The translations under genes were made by a program, and so were the position numbers. The notes beneath the pieces were generated by a model. It was not told where the DNA came from. It searched no databases and was given only the letters and a program-made list of their open reading frames with translations. A stretch of DNA of 57,661 bases from Trichosphaerium sp. ATCC 40318 (taxonomy: Eukaryota > Protista > Tubulinea): positions 1 through 57,661 of the forward strand of contig JALMLS010000499.1 in the NCBI GenBank assembly GCA_038496445.1, given 5' to 3'. Below, one piece after another: positions 24,183-35,981 of the stretch (its first letter is position 1; each line of letters opens with the position of its first letter).

Positions 24183-26549
24183 CCTGTTCGAAAATAAATT
24201 ACCTTTTTGTTGATTTATCTAGTTGTAAAGTGCATCATTCTTACTCTCTATACAAACAAAGAGCCGTCGCTTGCATAGTAATAAATTACCTTGACTACGT
24301 GTCACAGTTTTTAATGGTACGTAGCAAGCTGTCGAGAATGTGTCATCATAAACTCTTTATGTACTTGGCACCAAGTGGCTGGAACGTCATTCACTAAGTT
24401 TATGCCCTGTCTATCTACCATCTTCTTTTTGCTATCTAGCCATTGTAGATTCTACTATGTCATTATCTGTATTCTCGTCTGCCACCATTACGGCATTATT
24501 GGCTATTCTATCCTCCCATGATAACTGCAAGCAAAAGGCCATTTGCTAATAAAAGTCAACATCATCTATTTTGCAATCACGACCTGTTCTAGCCTCACCA
24601 TAACTCCTCGTTTAGGAGTAAGACTAAACTACGAACGTGTTTAAAGTAAAACTTCTTCTGCTACGTGCAGCGGCCGCTAAAATACCCCGATGAGCGTACG
24701 TTGAAGCAATATTAAAGGTTTATTAATAATTACGCTTGAAAAACTTTTTAAAGGTTGTGCTGTACTCTTATTAACATTTGTAAGCGTCACGACGTAATAC
24801 GAATCAATCCGGTTTCAAAAAGCTTATTCGTACAAAGTAAGGTACGTCTACGAGTAATGCAGTGTGAACATAGTTTTAATGTCATTTTGGCGCGTTCTAG
24901 TGTCAGTTAAACTTGTTCTTCCGTTGTACTTTGCTTTTGGCTTAGAAAACAGAGTAGTGTAAGCACAGTAATAGAATTTACAGTTTTTGCTCTTTTTAGC
25001 TGAGTCGATGACGTTTCGTGTCAAAAACGTGATCGTTGGGGTTTTTTTTGTGATCGCTCCTTGAGCGTTTAAATTATGTTTTTATCAAGTACGCACGCAT
25101 TGATATGTGTTACTATACTACAAAGCACTTTTCACGCTCTTTAAAACTATTTCATACCGTTGTCCTTTATTTGGCCTTAATGCATTACTGTGAAACATGT
25201 AGTACAAAATAAACACTGAAACGTGTTATTGGACTGAGTTGCAAGTTTATTTTCGTTTACTGTAGGTTGAATCTTTTCGTGGATATCCTTTGAACAAACC
25301 ATACGCGTAGAAATAACCATTTTGTATGTATACAACACAATACACATGTTAAAGAAATTTTTTACTACGAAGGTTGATAAGGAAATGGAATTCGTCGTTT
25401 TCACTGCTCCAAAAGCCTTTCTGTGTATTTAATATGCTCATACTTATGCAATGATGTATGTACAGATGGTTTTTAAGGGTTTTGCGGCAGTTTGGACTGT
25501 TTTGCAAACTACTCAACAAAGTAAACCAATTCGAAAAACAGTTGCACATCAGGTACTGGGAGTTTTAGTGTAAACCACATATTGCTACGCTCAACGCAAA
25601 CCAATTAAAACAACGTCGGTAGGGCTATAGGTGATTAAGCCCCACAATTTGTTTTTGTTTGAGTTTTAGGTGTATAAAAGAAAACAGATTTTTCGTGTTG
25701 TCGTGTTTGTTAACAAGTACCATGAGCACTTATCATGTAAAAATTCTGAACTGATCTCAATGCCTTCAATCTGTCTTGGATGCGCCAAAGCTATGTAATG
25801 ACCCCTGAAATAACTGACTAAGACTGTAACCTGCTAGCCACATCTTTTTGCGAAAATCCCTTTGGTGATGCATCTATCTCAGTTCCTTGCACCTGTTAGC
25901 CAGTGATTAATCCCGGTGTATTGCAAGTTATATAGCATCAAACCTTGACGATGTAGACAAAAGTGTTCTCGTAATTTTCTTAGTTCAGTATCAATATTTT
26001 TTTTTGAAGTTATAAATGTACTTAAGGATATAGTCAATTCAATGTGTACACGGGTGAGGTAGTATTTAATGTCATTTATAAACAAGAGTCTCGGACTTCG
26101 TGACAAGGTAGTCAAACCGCGATAAAAATAGGTCAAGAAAGGTTCCGGAAAAGAACAACATATCCTTAACTTGTCCTTTACACCATCCATAGCGTATTTC
26201 ATTGCATTTATTTAGGACAGTGAAGCAACATGAGCAATAGCTGTTTCGAAGGCCTAGGTGTATCCATTAAGGAATTGTCAGTGTTTTTTGCTCAGTAAAT
26301 GCGCAAGCACGCTCTAAGCGTATGTCTTTGCAAGCATTGCAATCGACATCTGCCTATTATAACGCGCAGCGTCTGTGTTACCCCTCTGAGTAGAATTGAA
26401 GAACTTTGCATGGAGGGTGTAAGTATATTGTTGTCTCACGTTACCAAGGTTTAAACTTGACAGTAAGCTGCGTGGGAGAAAATGCTACACGTGAAAATCA
26501 GTTTTTGTAATGGTTTTTGGTCCACGGGCAACCAAATTCCTAAACGTTT

Positions 26550-27480
26550 TCAGGATGTTGGCTTGGACAATGCAAAACTACGGCGGTTACGTTGTAGATG
26601 ATACTGCTTGGGAAGTCAACGCTTTGTCAACCCAAAACGGACCACAAGGTGATTTCCTCCACGAATTCAAAGAAGAGTGGGGTTACGGCTTTGCTTCTTC
26701 CACTGAAGAATCTGAATGGGGAGTATATCATCTGTTTTTGGTTTTTTGTACTAACGTACTTTGTCTTAAAGGGACGTCTGGAAGATATTCTCTAAGCTTC
26801 ATGCCGTCAAAAAGAGCTCTTGGAATGAAGGTGTCTTCAACCAAGTAAAACAATCAAAAGGATCAATTGGTGCATGTGGTAAACCACTTTAACCATGGAT
26901 TGATAACAACCCACCTCGTTATGGTACATTACACTAGCTTTTTCTTCATTTTTTTACGCCATACAATTTCCGAACTTACTTCTGATAGCTCCTGGATGTA
27001 GCCGAGGTTCTTCTTCGAACACACCTCCACCACCAACACAAGAAACTACTAGACCCCTCCAAGGCCCATAGTCTCCTCAAGAACAAGAAAAACTACTCCT
27101 AAACCTACACCAAATCCAACGCAGCGACCAACCCGACAGTCTACCATGCCTAATCTTAACGGTGATGCTATTCAACTTATGCAACCTACGACAAGCTTGA
27201 GAAAAGGACAAAAATACACATTCAACATTGCATACTCTGCAAAGGGTAGACGTGATATCGATTTGCTTCTCTTCAGAAACGAGAATGGTAGAAAGTACAA
27301 CTGGAAAACATTGGGCAGAAAAGTCACAGTTCAAAAGGGTAAGGTGTCACACGGGTGTCAATCAATATACCTAGCTGGCTAAGCAGAGGTGGCGGTTACT
27401 TATTACAAGCTAAATTGAAGGTAAGAGGCGGCAGAGATGTTACTCAAGAAGTTAAAAACTGCAGAGTACAATTACAAAAC
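26550..27480 (+). pseudogene. Apparently 5'-truncated fragment of a conserved uncharacterised protein with a Pro/Thr linker and C-terminal beta-rich domain
   Basis: LAWTMQNYGGYVVDDTAW...GP...F..EWGYGF; a P/T-rich stretch at ~27020-27140; frameshifts; no upstream exons recognised. Confidence 0.5.
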
Positions 27481-28726
27481 AATTCTCACCCAAACATAAA
27501 TAAATTGCATATTTTTCTTTTTCTCATTGAGAGCTTGTCTTGGTGTTATTCTGTATATCATGGCCTTACTGGCGCTTATTTTTGTGGGACTTAGTGTTAA
27601 GCAGCTGAAGTTGGGTGAGTCAAGGTTGATGTTGGAATGGATTTCGTTCGCAAGTTACTTCAAGCAAGATATACAAATAAGACAGTTTGTTTTCTTGATA
27701 TCTGTCTTTGGCGAAAATATTTCTACCCGCAAGAAGATTTACTGTTATTGGATACAACTCATCATGTATTTAATTAAGTCTTTCATTTGTCAAATAAGTT
27801 TGGGACAGCGATACAAAATGCTTTACTAATGGCGTATCAGTTTTTATCTTTAAACAACTTTTGAAGTATTTTAGGGTCTTCAGATATGAACCATGAATTG
27901 AGGAGGGTAATACTCATGGAATTACATGTTAGTAATCCGTATTCAAGCCACTCATTCATCATTTCAATAATAAGATCATCAATTGGTCGAATAAACACAT
28001 CAAAAGATAACAAGAGACTGCAAAGAGTCAGCACAACACTTATCAGCGAACTTGAAGACGTTGAATAAAGCATCCAAACCAAGGCTAGGAGGTATGCAAT
28101 CAAGGTAAGCGTATTTAACAAAATCTTGACAATTTGCTCGTTACTCGGTATGTGTTTCAAGAGGTGTGGGATAAGTAGGGCTTTCTTCTGTCAAAGAAAC
28201 GAGCAGAACATGAATAACGCCTTTTTGTATCTCTAATTCTGAGCGCACGAAGTTAACCATATACATGGCGCAATCGTATGTAGTCATGTTTCCTAATTGC
28301 AGGGTTGAGTTGTGAATCTATTACCATGGAGTACCTTGATAGTCTGGAAAGCTGTTTGAACTTCTCTGGACGATGTTGTATTTGCTCGACAAACATAAGA
28401 ATCAGCCCATTGAGAGCAAACAGATTCCATCATACTGACACTGCTTTAAAACAAACCTTATGCCAAACAAAGAAGATGGTTTACGCTTTTGCATTGCCAC
28501 GGAAACACATCCTCGCAGATTTAGAGTCGATAGATTCCATCATACTCATAAAAGCTTGACTGTCTTTCAACCTAGTAGCGCGTGTGTCAAAATAATTCTT
28601 TAGAAACGATAATCCAAGCGTTTTGTATGAGTTACGATCAATACTCGGTTGTCGGAATCGCATGGAAAAGCGTTGATTTACATGCACGTTATCGACAATA
28701 CCACACATACATGTTAACAACAAGCA

Positions 28727-29770
28727 TTAAACTCTTAGTAGCCTGGTTTTATTAGTTGTACTCTTAACTTGTCGGTGGGTGTGCCTTTCATAATTAGTAG
28801 CTAGTTCAAAGTAAAGACTTGTTTGTGTACTTACAGGATATACATCCATAGGTTTACTACATATTTTTTTACAATTATTGTAAACTCCTGCTAAATGTCT
28901 ATCAGGTGAGTTGTTGGGACCACTTACATAGCCATTAATAACCAAACCTATGGTATTGCCAGGAGTGACAAGACTCAAGATGACTGTTTTTCATTCTTTC
29001 CTAAATATCATATGAACAATCATGGTTTATACTTTTCTAAGTGTAAGAAGTAGGTATGAGAGCACACATTGTACTTTTTGTAGTGTACTGCAAAGTACAT
29101 CCCTGGCCAAAAGGTAACCAGCATCCAACAAACTGACAATTCCAAAAACCAGCCTTACATTACTGTAAGCTGATTTCATGGACAATAAATATCCCTGGTG
29201 ACTAGACAAGAGTCTTAATGTAACATGGTTTTGAAGTAGAGTTACAAGAAGCAAATAATAAGGTTGATAAACTGGAGAAGAGCTATGCAAACATGAACAA
29301 AGTTCAAAGGAACATATTCTAAGTGCATAAATTACTGCAGCGATGGAATTGTAACGGCCAACATAACGACTAAAAGGTTGAGATATCAGCATGTAAATAC
29401 TATTATTACCGTCGGTATCTTTGAATGGTCAATGTGCTCAAATAAATCCATAACATCCTACCAATGACACAACAATTTTCACAGCGAAAATACAGAAAAA
29501 AATAAGAAAGGTACCATTTATGGCAAACACATTCAAGTTCGGTTCTGATTTTTTCCACAACAGATCTACATGTCAATACACACGTTTTGTATTTTTAAAT
29601 TGACACAAGATTTGTAAACATTCCTCGTTTTTGGCTCAAAAAAACCATAAAGAAGTCACAATATCTGGCTTGAAAAATCGATTTTTTGGCTGATTCTTTG
29701 CACACTAATGCCACATGTATGTGTGCGTATAATCCGCGAATAAAAATATTTCTCCACACAAGATTTTCAA
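28727..29770 (-). pseudogene. Inverted copy of the non-coding repeat plus PARP catalytic remnant
   Basis: Near-identical reverse complement of 19224-20220 (ORF 29027-29392 is nearly the same as ORF 19581-19946). Confidence 0.88.
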
Positions 29771-30369
29771 AACGCACGTGCGTTTTTTTTACTTTACAAA
29801 CGGCTTTGTAAAATTCCAAGGTACTTCCTAATGACCTTCCAGCTATACCATCGATCAGCGAGTACATCTACAGCACGATTTGCAAAAAAATTTGTTGTTC
29901 GTTGGTGTAGTAAAATTTCAAAAGAAGAAAACTCTGCGTACAAACGCAGTTTCGCTCAATTATATGATAACGAACCGGTTTTTGGTTTTGAGTATTGTAT
30001 TACGACATATAACGATACACCATGGCGCTTTTAAGTATCTTGGTCCAACCAAACATGTGCATAGATAAAGAGTGACTACGATGAGATCTGGTTGAAGATA
30101 TTTAAAAAAAAAACCAAAGTAACTATAGGTGTACCTCATGCCTTTTCCGCGTAGGTTAAACTCCGTACTCATGTTAGGACGATTTTTGAAGCTATTTATT
30201 CTGTTTCAAACTAAACCTTAGCAGTATTGTGCGGTAATATGTATCTGAGCCGGGGGAGCTATGTTGAACGCAAACAATGTACACCGAGCCGGAACACAAA
30301 CAATTCGATGAACCGTCGGCAAAACTTAAATCCATTTTACCATACAATCAACACTGGTTACAACACTTC

Positions 30370-33300
30370 ATGGCAGAACAGCTGGCAATTGAAGGTATGC
30401 CACTAACATTATGTTATTAACACTTGCGGTTATTAAATATCTCTTCACAGCCGAATTGGCAGAGCTTCAATTAGTTTTTAGTAGCATTACAACAGGTACG
30501 TAGCCTACTCCGAGTTAATATCTTTGTTTAATGTTTTACTAGTTGATGACCTAAGGAACAGTATCCGTAATCAAGCGATAGCCAATGACATTCTGTTCAA
30601 ATCAGGTTCGATACCTTAACTTACTTGTAATCAATAAATGTAGTGCTTCGGGGCCTTGCTAGTATTGTGACAATGTGCTTACACGAGGGGTTAAACATTG
30701 AAGCTTTATCTTCTGACGGACGCACAGTTTTACATGTTGCAGGTATCTCAGATTTCCGCATCACCAAACGTATTTACTTGAACTATAAAGCCATAGAGGG
30801 ACACTTCAATATAGTCCAACTATTACTCACCTCAGGTGCAAGTATTGAAGCCAAAGATGAAGACGGATGCACACCTTTACATCTTGCGGGTATGTTAAAT
30901 TAAAAAGTGACTCCAATTTACGCTTCTTAGCGAATGAAGGACATATTGAAGTAGTTCAAATATTGATCAATTCAGAAGGGGATTTTGAAGCCATGGATAA
31001 CCAAGGACGCACACCTCTTGTTTGCGCAGGTAATTGTAATCTTATAAGTACTAAAACTAATTGACACTTCATATCTTAGCCAATAAAGGACACACAAAAG
31101 TTGCTGAGATGTTATGCCAGGCGATGATAAGTACTGAAAAAGTAGGAACGGATGGACATACTACTTTGCATAATGCAGGTAACTAAGTGATACAGGGTGT
31201 TAAGTGGATTAACTTGATTCCAAGCTCGTAACGGACAAATTGAAATTGTGGAAATGCTACTCAACGCAGGTGTAGATGTAGATGCTACAGAAAATACTGG
31301 ATCAACACCCCTACATGATGCAGGTATATTAGTTTACTAATAATAATTATAAAACGTACGCTCACATCCTATACCAGCGTTGCATGGACACAACAACATT
31401 GTACAATTGTTACTAAAAGCAAAGGCAAACATACAAGCGTCGAATATCTATGGACACAAACCGATTCATTGTGCAGGTATTGTCGCGTTTCAAGTTTTGA
31501 GTTTAAGTTCTTAAATTAGCTCAAAATGGGCACAGTGAAGTTGTTGAAACATTAATCAAGGCAAGCGCGAACATTCGCGCTACAGATAAAGATGGAAACA
31601 CAGCTTTACATACAGCAGGTACCCTAAACTTCTACAAAGTGTACTAGTGACTTTAATTCACCATTCTTAGCCGTAGATGGACACAGCGAAGTTGTCGATG
31701 TCTTACTTAAATATAGTACCAGCATTGAAGCTGTAAACATCCGATTGCAAACAGCATTGCACTGTGCAGGTACCTACACTACAAATACATAATGTACTAC
31801 TTTTTTAGTATACAACGGGCACAATGAGGTTGTTGAAACGTTAATCAAAAAACAAGTTGAAGCTACAGATAACGATGGAAACACAGCTTTACATACAGCA
31901 GGTACCCTAAACTTCTACAAAGTGTACTAGTGACTTTAATTCACCATTCTTAGCCGTAGATGAACACAGTGAAGTTGTTAAAGTGTTAGCTAAGAACAGT
32001 GCCAAATTGAAGCTAAAGATGCGGATGGTTGTACTGCTTTACTAGTTGCAGGTGATATCGTGAGTGTGTACAACAATTTTAACACCTATTAGCCAGTACG
32101 GGCCGTGACATAGCTGCTAGTATTTTAATCAACGCTGGAGCTAACATTGGAGCCACAATAAAAATGGATTGACAGCATTACATCTTGCAGGTAGTTTAGC
32201 CTTTTTTGAATATAAGCTGATTTTAGCATAGCATTATCTGGACATAACCCAGTTTTACTGACTTTATTGAAACAAACTAAAGTCATTTCAATAAGCACAC
32301 CCAAATGGCAAAACGTTTTCAGACAGATACTTAAACAGGTGGTTGACAATGATACTGCATTCATCGGTGTGTTTGAAACTCTTTTGAAACAGTTTCCAAA
32401 CGATCATCAAAGCCGCGAACTATGGTTATCTTGTGCACACATGACAGAAATACCCCACTGGCGACTCAATCTTGCAAAATGGCTGCAGTACTTGGTAAAG
32501 TATCATCTCAAACATTCATACTAATACAATACAAAGCCAACCCATTCTAGTTTTAATGTTGCAATGCAAAAAGGCATTTGTCATTTGATTTGTACATACA
32601 ATCCCATGTTTGTACAGTCTTCGGTACAAACACAAAATACAAGCATACATTAACTTGTTTTTGTTTTTATATCAGAGCTTTTGGTTACAGCAAGGAGAGC
32701 TGATGGAAGGAATTCTATCCGACTTACCAGATGATATGTGGAGTAGTACTAAACAAACTGGGTCTGTTATTGAAATGTGTATAAAAGAAGGATGGTGTAC
32801 AAATTCTCTTAAATACAGACCCAAACAAGACAGTACGCGTATTAATCAAAACATATATTAACTCTTTAAAGTTTTTGAATGCCTTGATTGTGTTGAAGGC
32901 ACGCGTGGATTATATTGGTGCAGTTATTGTGCTACTCAACACAACCACCAACAGGTAATTTCCCATGTACTACTACTTGTTAATGTGTGTAGAACCTGGA
33001 AAAGTACACCAACGCTTCAGTTGATTGTGAATGCAAGGATTGCAAACATGTCATTAATCCCATATCTCCAAATCAAAGAGTTGAAAACCCTACAGCAGGT
33101 AAAAAAGCACTGTTAGTCCAACCACACTAAAACTTGAAGGATTAAAAAGTGAGACGTCATGGGACTTAAATCCAAGATTACATTATGCCCACACCTGGGA
33201 TAGATCTAACAGCAAGTGAGTAGCAACATAAGTATTTATTAACTTGTGTTTAACTGTTTTTGTGAACAAAAAAGGGGTACAATTAAAAAAGCAACACACT

Positions 33301-34647
33301 TCAGAACACTGAATCTTCTTGATTCAAATAAAAATGATATTGTAGCCAAGAGAGAACTACAGTTTCTTTACCAACAAATGTCAACGATGCATGGCTATGA
33401 TAAATATGATGTTGTAGAAGCTCATCTTGTTTGCAATGATATGTTGACTCGAAACTTTGGCACATACAATACCATGCTGAAGCAAAGACACCAGTACGTT
33501 TATATGTTTGTAATTTTTATTACTACAAGTGAATTCATAACAGAGCTGTTTTAATTAGAGACCTTCCAGACACATGGAACAAAAAAGATCAAAACCACAA
33601 TGATCACAAGAAAAGAGTTGCAAAGCAAGCTATAAATCTCATAGCGAACTCCAGCGCCTGTATCCATGACGTTTCAGATCAGGTACATTTTATACATGTG
33701 CATTGTTGACCAAATAATCAGCTACCAGTTGTATTAATGGTTCACGGAACAACTCATAAAGCCGCTTGGAGTATTGTAAAAGCTGGATTTGGAGTGATAA
33801 GTTCGTTGGATGCTGGATACTACGGTCAAGGAATCTATTTTACAGTATGTGCTTTTTAAAAAGTCACCATTGCCAATCTTACTTGTTTTTTTGAAATAGC
33901 ACAGCATTGAGTATGCCTGTTCATACGATAAATCTGCTAAAGACAAGAAGACACTTGTGCTTAGTTTGGTTACGCCTGGAAATGTATATCCTGTACACAA
34001 CTGCAACCAATCACATTATTGATTTGTTTACTTACAAAGCATTGATAGGTTACAGAAAAGCCTCAAGATAAAGCCAACAACCTTGTTGGTAAACCAATTA
34101 AGGCTGGATATCAAAGTCATTATGTATTGGTAAACAGGAAAGGACAAGTGTTGGAGCAAGATAAAATAGATAAAGCAGTGTATGATGAGCTGGTTGTAGC
34201 TCAAGGTAGTGATTACAATTGCTGTACTTTGTTGACTAAGTTGTGATTTTAGATGTACAGACTGTTGCTCGTTACATCATCACAGTTGTGCGAAAACCAA
34301 ACCAAAATAGGAAAAGAGCAAAGAAACCGTCTAAGAAAACCAACAAGATTCAATCATCTGTAACATCAGAGGACATTGGTGAATCTGGTTCTGATGACTT
34401 GTCTGATTCTGATGATTGTGACAACTTTACCTCTAAGCGGTACAAAATAAGTCTGCATCAATCTCTTTCCTTACTTACTTTTGTGCAAAGACAATTATGG
34501 GCCTCTAGCTATTTGAATGAGCCTCAAATACAACAAACAACAACATATGACAAGATACTAGAAGCCATGGAAGAAAACAAAAGATTAACAAAAGTTCACA
34601 TGAGACTTTTGGAAATCAACACAAGACTAAACAATTGTAGTAACTAG
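30370..34647 (+). CDS. ANK / UBR-like Zn finger / PARP-type ART / coiled-coil protein, paralogue B; two apparent -1 frameshifts in ANK exons
   Basis: 11 single-repeat exons at 30644-32190; VHGT (33743), GYYGQGIYFT, YDELVV (E at 34187); the exons at 31954-32051 and 32093-32190 are 98 nt. Confidence 0.85.
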
Positions 34648-35981
34648 ATTGTCAACATACACTTGTGCAACACTAACTCAGAAAGTCTAGTATTTATTTC
34701 TGTTGCAACTGAAAGTCTATAACATAAACACTTTTATATTGCTTTTTGTTTGTGTGCATCTACTGTTTTAGAAACTACATTACTACGCAGTGTTTTTTTA
34801 TCAAAATCCTTGTGTAGCCAACCAACTTGTTTGATAATTTTGGTTTTCATGTTTGTCAACTGCATCAATACCCACAGATACTGTAATACGTATATGTATT
34901 AAGCGTCATGAGTACATTAAGTGTGATTTGTGCAAGTTCTTTCCACATTGAATACAAAGTTTGTATTCTCCAACAGCAGTAGCCAATTAAAAGCTCAGTA
35001 GTTCATGTGATCTATATGATTCTAACTGATGGTTAACAGGGGGTGGTATTAGATTATCCTATTTTACCAGTAGAACCTATCCTTTACCTCATCTTACGAT
35101 TCATCAAAATAGACAATATTGGGAGGAAGACATCAACATCTAGTGGCTCTAGTGTAGTCCTTGATGTTGTCGTTTACTAGCCAAGTCAGTGGTCGTCCAT
35201 CCACAGCAAGTGACCTCTCATCCCAATATTGCCATCTTCTTGCGAGTTTCTGGTGAATAACTTGTGTAGCATCAATCTTGCAATTAGGCTTTTGTGCTAG
35301 AGCCTTGTAGACGGTTATCAGGGTCCAAAGCCGTTTTGTAGAGGTCAAGGTAACTTTCTTCTTAACAAGGTTTTGGTACCCTGTCGAACATCTTGAAGCT
35401 TGCTAGCACATGATCACCCACCTTCTAGCAGTAAACATGCATCTATGCAGCCGGAAGAATGTCCTCTCATGCAACCGCCATTCCTTGGTCTCCAAGGTCA
35501 GTACTATCACCCGCAATGTTTTGATAGCTACTTGCCATTATACTAAGTGTTGTTACTATCGTTGTATTCTTGTTAAGAATAGAATAGAGCAGGTTTAGTC
35601 TACTCAGTTCAAACGCCTGAAATAGTTATATTCATTCATGATATGAAATGGTCTAAATTCTTTTCGGGATGATATCATAGGACATCTAAGGTCAAATATC
35701 ATCAAACAATAACAGCTGTCAATCTAAAAGTTGTTACGCCATCAGTTTCATCTTATAGCAAAAACTTCTAACAACTGTTTATTCTACTGTTGGGCTAAGT
35801 AACTTTCAATCTCAACAACTAGCTAAGGACTTTTAATAACTTTACCAACCTCTCTCGCAAGTTTTCCAAATTCAATAGACACTTGGTTTCTATTTTATTC
35901 TTTGATTGACTGTATTCTTAGTCATGGCGTAGGAACCATTGTTGGTTTATTACTTTGTAGTTTAATTGCTATCAATCTCAG

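Noticed and set aside
27837-28723. Minus-strand ORFs with a hydrophobic segment, possibly a membrane-protein gene
   Set aside because: No recognisable motif and no consistent splice model
32495-32540. In-frame TAA conserved in B and C (HSY*YNTKP), suggesting stop-codon reassignment
   Set aside because: It lies in a short GT...CTAA...AAG intron at the same position as an intron in paralogue A, so the standard code suffices
34650-35980. ORFs in the palindrome spacer (e.g. 35133-35348)
   Set aside because: Coding-like but unassignable fragments
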